Shown: positions 53,368 through 62,454 of the stretch, one piece after another | Position numbering within the stretch: position 1 is the stretch's first letter | Layout: each line of letters opens with the position of its first letter | Origin: Flavobacteriales bacterium | Lineage (GTDB): Bacteria; Bacteroidota; Bacteroidia; CAIKAF01 | Assembly: GCA_025055635.1 (NCBI GenBank) | Contig: JANWWQ010000005.1 | Location: 16,299-80,298, forward strand | Direction of reading: 5' to 3' | Length of the DNA: 64,000 nucleotides | The notes under the pieces: generated by a model | What the model saw: only the letters and a program-made list of their open reading frames with translations | The model's database searches: none | What the model was told of the DNA's origin: nothing | Made by a program: the position numbers and the translations under genes

Positions 53368-54493
53368 ACGCCGGGCCCTTCTTTGTTGCGTGAGCCATGT
53401 AACTTATGACCAGCGAGTTTTGCGCATGGGCCTTTTGCTTCAAAAGCTAGGCTACCACCCGGAATTTTACGGGCGAGATGCTGGAGATGGCTTTATTCCT
53501 GAGCCCTTTCAAAAAAACCAATTTAGGCTGGTTCACCACTTTTTTAACCGAGAAGTGTGGTTTTATGCGGAGTTTAATATTCGGTTATTTTTTAAGCTGT
53601 GGTGGGGGCCGCGCTATGATGTGGTGGTCAGCAATGACTTGGATACATTACCGGCCTGTTTTGTGGTATCAAAGCTGAGGGGATTCCGCTTAATATTTGA
53701 TAGCCATGAACTTTTCAGCGAAGCCGCTGAGCTGGCCGATAATTGCCTAGCACGGCGTGTGTGGCGCTGGTTGGAGGCCCTTCTCATACCCCGAGTGCCC
53801 TTGGGAATCACGGTGAGCCACGGAATTGCCCGTGAATACCAGCATCGCTACGGAAAATCGTTCCTAGTATTGCGCAATGTTCCCCCTTTTATCCATGTCC
53901 AGAATTTGCCGCCCCCTCCTTTTACCTTTGAACCAGGATATCGCTACCTGATCCTGCAGGGAACAGGCATCAATAGGGAGCGAGGAGCCGAGGAAGCCGT
54001 TCGTGCGCTGCACCATCTTCCGGAAAGGTTTCGCCTAATATTAGCCGGCGGTGGTGATATGTGGCATTACCTGAAAAATCTGGTGATAGAGGAGGGTTTA
54101 CACTCTAGAGTGCGGTTTGTAGAACGCTTGCCTTATTCGGAATTGATGGCCCTGACGACCCGCTGTTTTGCCGGATTTTCACTAGATAAGCCTACTTGTT
54201 TAAATTATCGCCTCAGCTTGCCTAATAAAATATTTGACTACATCCAGGCTCGTATCCCAGTGGTGGTAAGTGCCATTGATGAACCAGCAGCGCTGGTACG
54301 GTACTATCAGGTGGGTGTAGTGGTAGAAAAGGTTACTCCGGAACTTGTGGCCCGCGGGGTTTTGCAATTGGAAATCCTTTGGATGCAGCGAGAATCGGAG
54401 TTAAAAGAGCGTCTGGAAAGGGCCGCTTCCATTTTGAATCGCGAAAAAGAGGAGGAAAACATTCAGAGCGCTATTAATGCCTACCTCCAATAA
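53345..54493 (+). CDS. glycosyltransferase (GT-B fold, GT4-like)
   Basis: 382 aa. The C-terminal half has an LILAGGGDM ... LPNKIFDYIQARIPVV pattern typical of GT1/GT4 enzymes. It overlaps the rsgA end by 23 nt. Confidence 0.7.
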   Translation: MRRGVTNERRALLCCVSHVTYDQRVLRMGLLLQKLGYHPEFYGRDAGDGFIPEPFQKNQFRLVHHFFNREVWFYAEFNIRLFFKLWWGPRYDVVVSNDLDTLPACFVVSKLRGFRLIFDSHELFSEAAELADNCLARRVWRWLEALLIPRVPLGITVSHGIAREYQHRYGKSFLVLRNVPPFIHVQNLPPPPFTFEPGYRYLILQGTGINRERGAEEAVRALHHLPERFRLILAGGGDMWHYLKNLVIEEGLHSRVRFVERLPYSELMALTTRCFAGFSLDKPTCLNYRLSLPNKIFDYIQARIPVVVSAIDEPAALVRYYQVGVVVEKVTPELVARGVLQLEILWMQRESELKERLERAASILNREKEEENIQSAINAYLQ

Positions 54494-55628
54494 GACTTTG
54501 CACTTGATAGCCCACAACGTACCATACCCACCAGACAATGGGGGCCTTATAGATGTTTATTATAAGGTCAAGGCACTAGTTGAAATCGGCGTTTCGGTCG
54601 TGCTCCATGCCTTTACCTATGATCGTCCTACGCATCCCATGCTGGAAAAGTTATGCCGAAAAGTTTATTACTACCCAAGGTCCCTCCACTGGGGATTACT
54701 ATTCCATTTTCAGCCTTTCATCGTGGCCGGCCGAAGGTCATCCCTGCTTTTAGAGCGACTAGCAGCGGATCCCTATCCGGTGTTATGTGATGCCATCCAC
54801 ACCACTTCATACCTGGGACACCCTGCCTTGTTAGAAAAAGGCATGTACCTCCGGGCCCACAATGTGGAACACAGCTATTACAAGGGTTTAGGAAGAGCAT
54901 CAAAAAATCCTTCCAGAAAGCTCTTTTACTACCTCGAAGCCTTCAAGCTTCGCCGCTATGAAAAAAAATTGATCCATGCAAGAGGAATTTTTGCCATCTC
55001 TCCGGGAGAAAAATCTCATTTTGAAAAATATGCGCCCACGTGGGTAATTCCCCCTTTTCATCCCCACAATTTGCAAATCCCCCAAGTGACACAACCTTTT
55101 GCCTTGTTTCACGGTAATTTGAGCGTTGAAGAAAACCAATGGAGTGTTGTATGGCTTTTGCGAAAGGTTTGGGAAAGACCAGAGGTGAAAGGGATTCCAT
55201 TGTGGATAGCCGGTAATGGGTCACCAACATGGCTGAAACGGGCTATCCGAGAAACAAACTCAGCCTCTCTGCTGGAAGGCCTTACTACCAAAGAAATAAT
55301 GGCCCTTGTGGCCCGCGCCCGCGTGCATGTGTTGCCAGCCTTTCAGAGTACAGGCGTAAAACTGAAATTGATAGCCGCCCTTGCCAAAGGGCTCCATATC
55401 GTGGCCAACCCCAACATGACGAAAGGCTCAGGGCTGGAAGAGGCTGTAAATACGGCAGAGACCCCGGAGGACTTCGCACGGCTCATAGCCGAAAAAATAG
55501 ACACCCCCCAACTGCCTAATGTGGAGGTAGAACGGCGCCTAAAAATCTTTGAAACTTACCTGAATAACCACTTCAACGCCGAACGAATAAAAATTTGTAT
55601 GGAGCTAAAAGGGAACGAGGGAGAATAA
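54477..55628 (+). CDS. glycosyltransferase (GT-B fold, GT1/GT4-like)
   Basis: 383 aa. N-terminal LHLIAHNVPYPPDNGGLIDVYYKVKAL and C-terminal VLPAFQSTGVKLKLIAALAKGLHIVAN. Confidence 0.65.
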   Translation: MPTSNKTLHLIAHNVPYPPDNGGLIDVYYKVKALVEIGVSVVLHAFTYDRPTHPMLEKLCRKVYYYPRSLHWGLLFHFQPFIVAGRRSSLLLERLAADPYPVLCDAIHTTSYLGHPALLEKGMYLRAHNVEHSYYKGLGRASKNPSRKLFYYLEAFKLRRYEKKLIHARGIFAISPGEKSHFEKYAPTWVIPPFHPHNLQIPQVTQPFALFHGNLSVEENQWSVVWLLRKVWERPEVKGIPLWIAGNGSPTWLKRAIRETNSASLLEGLTTKEIMALVARARVHVLPAFQSTGVKLKLIAALAKGLHIVANPNMTKGSGLEEAVNTAETPEDFARLIAEKIDTPQLPNVEVERRLKIFETYLNNHFNAERIKICMELKGNEGE

Positions 55629-55631
55629 AAA

Positions 55632-55650
55632 CCTTCCCCAGGAGGGAAGG
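55632..55650 (-). terminator. hairpin CCTTCCC-CAGGA-GGGAAGG, T-run only on the minus strand (possible shared terminator of convergent operons)
   Basis: It lies 4 nt after the plus-strand GT stop, and an A5 tract precedes it on the plus strand, which gives T5 after the stem on the minus strand. It is about 180 nt downstream of the minus-strand ABC gene. Confidence 0.4.
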
Positions 55651-55828
55651 AATAGTCTGTAAACGGAGGTGAGTAGCGGACGAAAACAGAAATTCCATGT
55701 CCCTTCTCCCCGTCTGGTAATTCCTCATAATTTACCAGCGCACCTTTAAAGGCCCAAAGTCAGACCCCGCATGGATCGGAACCATGCTTCAGCATATCCT
55801 AAAAATCCTCTAAATCTTTTTAACTAAT

Positions 55829-56578
55829 CTATACCGAAGGAAAAGCAGTAAGCTTCAGGAAGATGTCCTCCAGGTTAGACTGGGGACCAAACCGTTGACG
55901 CAGACCTAGGGGTGTATCGTCCACCAAGATGCGGCCATGATCTAGAATAATGATCCGTGCACAAAGCTGTTCCGTTTCTCTCAGATGATGAGATGTGTAA
56001 ATAAGAGTTGTACCTTCCCTGTGGAGTCGGAGAAGGTAATCATTCACAATTTTGCGGCTATGGACATCAATACCTGCTGTAGGCTCGTCCAAAAAAACTA
56101 AAAGCGGTCGGTGAATGAGTGCAGCCGCCAGGTTTACTCTTTTTTTCATGCCACCCGACAGGGCCTTAAGGGGTTTATGAACCATAGGACCCAGACCGAA
56201 TTCTTCTAAAATTTTCAGAGCTCTCCTTTTTGCTTCTGCCCGGCCAAGCCCATAGGCTGCTGCAAAATAGCGTAAGTTTTCCAAAGGGCTTAATGAAGGA
56301 TACAAGGCTGTATCCTGGGGCACAAAACCCATATGGGGTTTAAATGCCTCCGGAGTGAAGCTTTCAGCCCCCTTCCACAGGGTGATGGAACCTTTCTCTG
56401 GTCGGAGGAGACCCGCCAGAAGGTGAATGAGGGTCGTTTTCCCTGCACCATTGGGACCAATTACTCCTAAAAAACTACCTTGAGGAATACTTAGGTAGAA
56501 ATCCTGAAAAAGAGGTACCTCTTGGCCCTGATAGGAAAATCTCAAGGCCTCCACCTCAAGAAATAAACGCGCCTTCAA
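55829..56578 (-). CDS. ABC transporter ATP-binding protein
   Basis: 249 aa. Walker A GPNGAGKTT, signature LSGGMKKR, Walker B LVFLDEP and H-loop TSHH. No permease gene is adjacent. Confidence 0.88.
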   Translation of the reverse strand: MKARLFLEVEALRFSYQGQEVPLFQDFYLSIPQGSFLGVIGPNGAGKTTLIHLLAGLLRPEKGSITLWKGAESFTPEAFKPHMGFVPQDTALYPSLSPLENLRYFAAAYGLGRAEAKRRALKILEEFGLGPMVHKPLKALSGGMKKRVNLAAALIHRPLLVFLDEPTAGIDVHSRKIVNDYLLRLHREGTTLIYTSHHLRETEQLCARIIILDHGRILVDDTPLGLRQRFGPQSNLEDIFLKLTAFPSV

Positions 56579-57624
56579 GAGCCTAATAAAACTCGTGCTT
56601 TGTGCCAGACTTTTTTATAGAATGCTTCTTCTGCATCAGCAATGAGGCGAAGGTAGTGAGCTACACTTATATACCCTGAACAAATGTTCTCGCTATGGCG
56701 ATTTTTACAAAGACGAGCCGCCTCAATTGCAAACTGGCGCCAAAGGTCACCGATATGGTTCATCTCCAATGCAAAAGATCGAAAATCCTCATCACGCAGC
56801 AGTCGCCCCGCTTCAGAAAGGAAGGCGGCGTACATATAGCGGAAGCCCGCACCGCCGGTACCAATCTCTTCCTGCATACGCACCACCTGACCCAAGTAAA
56901 GGGCAGCCCGACGAGATCCTAAACGCCGGGGCCACTGTTGCATCCGCCTTGCTAAATACCGGATACCCTTCACCCCGAAAAAGGGAAGTGGAATAGCCAG
57001 CATGTCGTACATGTTGCGCCGAATCCCTCTTAGAATGGCCTGCCGCAAGGGAGGATTTTCAGGTACTTCCTCTATCCAATACATTTTGCCACGAGGAGCC
57101 GCTGTACCTTTGGCAAAGCGCACCAGCGCAAGTTCGTCCCGCGTTAAGGTGGTCACCTCTGGCATCACAGGATCACTGATATAGTACCTATGACCTTCTC
57201 GTAGAAATACCACCAGATTATGCGCATTAAAATGAAATCGGTAATGAGGCGGAAAATATGGCAGGTGAAAGACACCCACCAAACAGGCAGTAGGTATGCC
57301 TTGTGCCAGGTTGGCGTCTAGGGCATCCATTGCTTCTTCTGGATTTCGGAAGCGACGAGTGACCACCCGAATACCCAGTCTGCGGGAGAGCCGTCGGAAA
57401 ATTTGCCCCGGTAAAGGTCGGAACGAGGTGACCGGCATGCCGTGCAGACGTACAAAAGGCATGTGGCTGAAGAACAAACCTCCCCCAATACCAAAAATAA
57501 GGGGTTCAGAAAGGGACAGGCCCTTGTGGTGGAGAAGAACTGCTATGGCGCCATTTTCACAGTGGGCGCTGGAAATGTGGGTAAATAATTCCCGGGGCAC
57601 TCCGGCCAGCACCTGCTCAGGCAT
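56575..57624 (-). CDS. BtrH N-terminal-like + DUF4872-like protein (papain/C39-like fold, putative acyltransferase or peptidase)
   Basis: 349 aa. SSAHCENGAIAVLLHHKGLSLSEPLIFGIGGGLFFSH resembles the BtrH_N Cys block. This is from memory of the family and was not searched. Confidence 0.5.
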   Translation of the reverse strand: MPEQVLAGVPRELFTHISSAHCENGAIAVLLHHKGLSLSEPLIFGIGGGLFFSHMPFVRLHGMPVTSFRPLPGQIFRRLSRRLGIRVVTRRFRNPEEAMDALDANLAQGIPTACLVGVFHLPYFPPHYRFHFNAHNLVVFLREGHRYYISDPVMPEVTTLTRDELALVRFAKGTAAPRGKMYWIEEVPENPPLRQAILRGIRRNMYDMLAIPLPFFGVKGIRYLARRMQQWPRRLGSRRAALYLGQVVRMQEEIGTGGAGFRYMYAAFLSEAGRLLRDEDFRSFALEMNHIGDLWRQFAIEAARLCKNRHSENICSGYISVAHYLRLIADAEEAFYKKVWHKARVLLGS

Positions 57625-58027
57625 CGGGAATGTGATAGAGTTGTTCAGGCTTGATACCTAAAGCACGGGCATAACACTGGACTTCCTCGTAACTGATCTT
57701 TTTAAATCCCCGGGGCGTACAATGTCGCCGAATTTTTGATTTAGAAAAACCCGTGTAGTCACTTAGTAGCTTCACGTCCATCTGACACCTACGAATATGA
57801 TAAAGTAATGGACTAGCTTCACCCCGTAGTACGGCCTGGCGCGCTGCCTCCACCCCTTCCTGCACAGCTTCCCACGCCTGCAGAATAACTGTGTTTTTTG
57901 CATCCCACCCCGTACTCAATACCTGAACAAATTCGCCATTCTCGTCCAGTGCATAATATATATCCTTTCGGAGGCCTGCGTTGATGAGGTCTTCATCTTG
58001 AGGCACTTCTTCCTTTCTCATCGGCAC
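57617..58027 (-). CDS. hypothetical protein with possible C-terminal XRE-like HTH
   Basis: 136 aa. MDVKLLSDYTGFSKSKIRRHC...ISYEEVQCYARALGIKPEQL has an HTH-like layout. It overlaps the downstream gene by 8 nt. Confidence 0.35.
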   Translation of the reverse strand: MPMRKEEVPQDEDLINAGLRKDIYYALDENGEFVQVLSTGWDAKNTVILQAWEAVQEGVEAARQAVLRGEASPLLYHIRRCQMDVKLLSDYTGFSKSKIRRHCTPRGFKKISYEEVQCYARALGIKPEQLYHIPDA

Positions 58028-58048
58028 TCCTGTGCTTGCCCTGCAAAA

Positions 58049-58486
58049 TTAGAAGGGACTACCCTCCACACAGAAGATTTTAAAAATCGCTTCGGCTAAA
58101 AAAATTCCTCTCTGATATACCTGGGCCTCAGCCACCGAGATAAGACCATGAACGCTTCGTAGATGAAAGTGAATTTCCAGGGTTTGCCCCAAAACAGATA
58201 GATTTTCAAACCGCGCTTTATCTATACTGGCTATAAAACCTTTAGGTTTTGGATTATTTCGAAGAAGGGCCATATAACCTTGCTGAAGGGCACCCGTCTG
58301 AGCCATCATTTCCAACATTATTTCTGCGGGCACACGACCATCAGCAAAAAAAGGCACATCGGGGCGGGGCAAATAGGTTGCTAAAGCCATGGAATTATCA
58401 GATCTGTGCAAAGTATCCACAAAAACAAAAGGCGGGGATTGAGGAATAAGCGAAAGGATATCCGGAAAATGTATAGGTAATTTCAT
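58049..58486 (-). CDS. hotdog-fold (FabA/FabZ-like) dehydratase
   Basis: 145 aa. LIPQSPPFVFVDTL and EIMLEMMAQTGAL resemble polyketide/lipid-cluster dehydratases. ATGA overlap with the ketosynthase stop. Confidence 0.55.
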   Translation of the reverse strand: MKLPIHFPDILSLIPQSPPFVFVDTLHRSDNSMALATYLPRPDVPFFADGRVPAEIMLEMMAQTGALQQGYMALLRNNPKPKGFIASIDKARFENLSVLGQTLEIHFHLRSVHGLISVAEAQVYQRGIFLAEAIFKIFCVEGSPF

Positions 58487-59634
58487 ACAACTCGGAAAAA
58501 GGCATAGCCGTAAGAAAATCGGGCACTTTCAGGCACCATTATGAGCAGATGCTGTCCCGATTTCAATAAATTGTTTTTGTGCATTTCGTCTAAAAAACTA
58601 AAAACAGCGGCTGATCCAATATTACCCTTAGTCGTCAAATTGGTAAACCACTTTTCACGAGGAATGGGGAAGCCAATTTTTTGGAGTTCTCTTTCAATTT
58701 TATCTGCAAAAAACATGGACGAGAGATGGGGCAAAAACCAGTCAACATCCTCTGGCCTCAATCCATATTTCTCTGAAAGCCTGCGAAGCACCTTTCCTCC
58801 ATACGGAACTATGTGTTCCGAGAGCAGGCGTGCGTTTTGCTGAATGGCAAACATGCTGTGGGCTGCATGTTCCCTGGGAGAAAAAGCCCTATAGCTATGA
58901 AGCTTTCTTTGGGCATCCCACATTCCCCCGATGAACATGCAAGTTTCCAGTTCACCGGCAAAGGAGATCAGTTCCATCCATTCCACTTCCAGCGATGGAC
59001 TCTCCCCTGGCCTATTGCTCAGGTACGCCGCCGCCGCCCCATCGGAAAGCATCCACCGGAGAAAATCTTTTTCAAAAGCTAGGAAAGGCTCCTGTTCTAA
59101 GGCTTGCAGTTGACGGGCCTCCTCCTCAAACTGCTCGGCCCGCAAGGAGGGCGAGAACAGCTCTGAACCACACACCACCGCTTTATTAATTAAACCTGCC
59201 CGGATGAGGGCAAAGGCATACTTTAGACAACCGAAGGAACTTAAGCAACTCCCCCCCGTGGATATTGCCTCCACCGGAGGCCAACCCAATTCTCCGTGTA
59301 CCATGGAAGCGTGTGAGGGCAATAAATGATCGGGCCAGGTGGTCCCACAGGCAAGTAGATCAGGAAATTCCGAAGGATCAGGCGTATAGGGAGGTGTTTT
59401 TCTCCATAAGCCAGTAATAGCGTGGGCAGCAAGCGCAGCGTTGGAATAGAGGATTTTACCATCCTTGTCTGTGGCATAATACCGTTGCGTGATTTTATTA
59501 TTACGCAGTACCACAGCCTTTGATCGGGAAGCTCTCCCCGCGACATAACCCAGTCGTTCTTCCATCTGATCATTGAAAACCGGTTCGCCGGGAAAGAACG
59601 AGGAAAACCTTGTCAGGTATACTTTTCTTTCCAA
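58483..59634 (-). CDS. KAS III-like beta-ketosynthase (DarB/StlD-like)
   Basis: 383 aa. N-terminal VYLTRFSSFFPGEPVFNDQMEERLG. Candidate Cys-His-Asn triad in AISTGGSCLSS, FLPHLSSMFF and KGNIGSAAVF. Confidence 0.7.
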   Translation of the reverse strand: MERKVYLTRFSSFFPGEPVFNDQMEERLGYVAGRASRSKAVVLRNNKITQRYYATDKDGKILYSNAALAAHAITGLWRKTPPYTPDPSEFPDLLACGTTWPDHLLPSHASMVHGELGWPPVEAISTGGSCLSSFGCLKYAFALIRAGLINKAVVCGSELFSPSLRAEQFEEEARQLQALEQEPFLAFEKDFLRWMLSDGAAAAYLSNRPGESPSLEVEWMELISFAGELETCMFIGGMWDAQRKLHSYRAFSPREHAAHSMFAIQQNARLLSEHIVPYGGKVLRRLSEKYGLRPEDVDWFLPHLSSMFFADKIERELQKIGFPIPREKWFTNLTTKGNIGSAAVFSFLDEMHKNNLLKSGQHLLIMVPESARFSYGYAFFRVV

Positions 59635-59703
59635 ATCCCTTTAATTTACATTTACCGTGCAATTATACCAAAAAGCTAATGTCAATAAGACTCCTCTAGT
59701 TTC

Positions 59704-60690
59704 ATGAAATCATGCAGCAGGTTCTTAGTTTTGGGTCTGGCCATTTGTGTGGGTTGCAATGGAACAGCAAGGGATGGTCGGGCCCAAGGCAATAAGACTT
59801 ACAGAGAGCGGCCAATTTCGATCATCCATGACGGTTGGCGTCTTTATGGCACATTGACCACGCCTCTTAAGGAGGAGGCCTCAATTGTGGCTTTACTTCT
59901 GCCGGGAGCTGGCCCTACGGACCGGAACGGTAATAGCGGGGCCACAGTGGCGCCGGCCACCCTCCGAAAACTTGCTATTGCTTTGGCCTCTGAGGGAGTG
60001 GCGTCAGTACGCTATGATAAACGCGGCGTGGGTGAGTCGCGGGATAAAATCCTCCATGAAGAACAACTGCGCTTCAGCCATTATGTGGAGGATGCCGTAG
60101 CATGGATTAAAAAGCTTAAAAATATGGCCCGCTTTCAACGGGTGGTGGTCATTGGGCACGGTGAGGGGGCCCTGGTGGGCGCTATGGCTTCTACTATGGA
60201 GCCTCCCGACGCCTTTGTATTCCTTTGCGGTCCGGGACGACCGGCTGATATATTACTGCGGGAACAACTGGCTCTAAATCCCCTAAATAAACCGTGGTTG
60301 ACCCGTTGTTCAAACATTATAGATTCTATAAAAGCTGGTTACAGACCTAATAATATACCCCCGCCCCTCCATGGACTTTTCAGGGCTTCTATACAACCCT
60401 ACCTGGAATCCTTATTTGCGATTTCTCCTCCAAAAGTCTTTAATTTGTTACATATACCCGTGTTAATAATAGGGGGTTCTTCCGATATTCAGGTGCAAAA
60501 GGTTGACTTTGATTCCCTGTGTGCCCGCGTCAAACAAGCTAATTGTATATACCTAGAAGGCATGAATCATGTATTAGTTGAATCCACTCCTGATTATGCT
60601 TCAAATATGGCTACTTATTTGGATCCACAAAAACCGCTTTCTCGTGAATTAGTTGAGAATATTGTTAAATTTGTACGGAAATTAAATTAA
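59704..60690 (+). CDS. alpha/beta hydrolase-fold lipoprotein (nucleophile position is Gly)
   Basis: 328 aa. Lipobox-like LAICVGCNG. The layout is dienelactone-hydrolase/S33-like, but the elbow reads VVVIGHGEGALVG instead of GHSEGA. Confidence 0.65.
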   Translation: MKSCSRFLVLGLAICVGCNGTARDGRAQGNKTYRERPISIIHDGWRLYGTLTTPLKEEASIVALLLPGAGPTDRNGNSGATVAPATLRKLAIALASEGVASVRYDKRGVGESRDKILHEEQLRFSHYVEDAVAWIKKLKNMARFQRVVVIGHGEGALVGAMASTMEPPDAFVFLCGPGRPADILLREQLALNPLNKPWLTRCSNIIDSIKAGYRPNNIPPPLHGLFRASIQPYLESLFAISPPKVFNLLHIPVLIIGGSSDIQVQKVDFDSLCARVKQANCIYLEGMNHVLVESTPDYASNMATYLDPQKPLSRELVENIVKFVRKLN

Positions 60691-60696
60691 ATTACA

Positions 60697-61524
60697 ATGA
60701 AGAAAGTTGTATGCACATCATTTTTATTAATTGCCGGTGTTATATGCGTCCGCATACCGGAGTTGAGTAGCCGTTCCAATGGCCTGCAGCTTACCAGTAA
60801 TTATACGGGTGCACCTGGCTTTTCTAACTGTACCCAATGCCATTCCGGAACACCCAATTCCGGCACCGGCAGCATTGAAGTGATTCCAGATGTTCCTTCT
60901 ACAGGGTATGTACCCGGGCAAACATATCAGATCTCCGTGGTTTTGAAATCCAGTGGAAATAATCAGGCAAAGTATGGTTTTATGCTCGCAGCCATGCAGG
61001 GCAATTCCTACAAGGGCACTTTGCAGGCCATTGATAATTCCTGCGCAGTAGAGCCTAACGGCCGATGGATCACCCATACCCCTTCAGGAAATACGGGTGG
61101 CACATCCACCAAAATTTTTACTTTCAACTGGGTGGCCCCCGCCCCGGGGACTGGAAACGTCAATCTCTACGCTGCGGGAAATTGTGCAAATGGCAACGGG
61201 AGCGACAGTGGTGACCTTATTTATTATCTGACAACCCCCGTGGTTCTGGCTGAGCAGCAAAGCACCTCCGAAGCTGAGTCTACCGGGCCTTTTGTCACCT
61301 TTCATCCCAATCCCGTTCGTGATCAACTACAGCTTTTGGCCCCGGGTCGGCAGCTGGAAGCTTACGCCATTTTTGATCTCACAGGGGCTCTACGCAAACA
61401 CGGGCGGCTGCCAGCTCTTTCACAGGCCACCTTGGATCTAACAGACCTTAGCATGGGTTCCTACATCATCTTGGTGCGCGACCATCAGGGTCACGCGCAG
61501 TATGAAAGACTAATTAAGTACTAA
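60697..61524 (+). CDS. T9SS-sorted secreted protein, reeler/choice-of-anchor-V-like N-domain with a CXXCH motif
   Basis: 275 aa. Signal peptide, then YTGAPGFSNCTQCHSG and NLYAAGNCANGNGSDSGDLIY. The C-terminal FHPNPVRDQLQL ... GSYIILVRDHQGHAQYERLIKY is the sorting domain. Confidence 0.5.
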   Translation: MKKVVCTSFLLIAGVICVRIPELSSRSNGLQLTSNYTGAPGFSNCTQCHSGTPNSGTGSIEVIPDVPSTGYVPGQTYQISVVLKSSGNNQAKYGFMLAAMQGNSYKGTLQAIDNSCAVEPNGRWITHTPSGNTGGTSTKIFTFNWVAPAPGTGNVNLYAAGNCANGNGSDSGDLIYYLTTPVVLAEQQSTSEAESTGPFVTFHPNPVRDQLQLLAPGRQLEAYAIFDLTGALRKHGRLPALSQATLDLTDLSMGSYIILVRDHQGHAQYERLIKY

Positions 61525-62168
61525 GGCACCTTCCGCCGGGCCAGAGTCAAACCATCCCGCACGGGGAGGAGAATTTTCTCAAAGTCTGGATCTGAAGTCA
61601 GTAGTTCGTTAAGTTGGCGGATGCCTTCGGTTTCTGGGTCTGCGTGGGCAGAGTCGGCCACCTTTCCGCTCCACAGTGTGTTGTCAACAAGCAGCAGTCC
61701 GCCACGGCTGAGCATTTCCTTCAAAATGGGATAATATTTGGGATAATTTTCCTTATCCGCATCCAAATAAATCAAATCAAAAACTTTACAAGGTAAGGCA
61801 CGGAGTGTATCTTGGGCAGGTCCCATAATCAGCTTAATCTTCTGGCCTATCCCACTCCACTCCAAATGTGTTCTAATTAAATCTTCATATTCAGGCTGAG
61901 CTTCCAGGGTGTACACATGGCCGCCTTCCTGAAGTCCTTCCGCCAAGCAAAGTGCCGAATATCCCGTGAAAGTTCCCACTTCCAGCACATTGCGGGGTCG
62001 CACCAAGCGGGACAACCAGGCCAAAAACCGGCCCTGCAGGGCACTGCAAAGCATTTGAGGATAAAGGGTCTTTAAATGGGTCTGACGTCGGATTTCCTTA
62101 AGAATCGGCGGCTCTGGATCGGAATGCGCTTCACAATATTGTTCTAAATTTTCAGGTAAAAAATTCAT
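61521..62168 (-). CDS. class I SAM-dependent O-methyltransferase (caffeoyl-CoA OMT-like)
   Basis: 215 aa. VLEVGTFTGYSALCLAEGL and DLIYLDADKENY blocks. Confidence 0.8.
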   Translation of the reverse strand: MNFLPENLEQYCEAHSDPEPPILKEIRRQTHLKTLYPQMLCSALQGRFLAWLSRLVRPRNVLEVGTFTGYSALCLAEGLQEGGHVYTLEAQPEYEDLIRTHLEWSGIGQKIKLIMGPAQDTLRALPCKVFDLIYLDADKENYPKYYPILKEMLSRGGLLLVDNTLWSGKVADSAHADPETEGIRQLNELLTSDPDFEKILLPVRDGLTLARRKVP

Positions 62169-62172
62169 GGTT

Positions 62173-62180
62173 CAAAAGTA
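62173..62180 (-). promoter_or_regulatory. -7 promoter box TACTTTTG (minus strand) for O-methyltransferase
   Basis: Forward CAAAAGTA lies only 4 nt upstream of ATG 62168, so the mRNA is leaderless-like. Confidence 0.45.
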
Positions 62181-62454
62181 TCATATAGGCCTCTTTCCAT
62201 ATCGTTTCCCAGCGAAATTTATTAATACGAAAGTAATCGTACAATGCAGAATTTTTTATTTAATTCCGGTTAAAACTGAAGAAAAATAAGGATTATTAAA
62301 AACAGGTTCTTATTTATAATCACAACACTTAAATTAAAAAAATAGATTTCTTCATTTTGAATTTTTACACGGCGAACTTTCATTTGCTGTATTTATCCTT
62401 TATTGAACTTTAAGTTTTTGTCAGTATATTAAACTTGCAAAGCCTCTTTACCCT

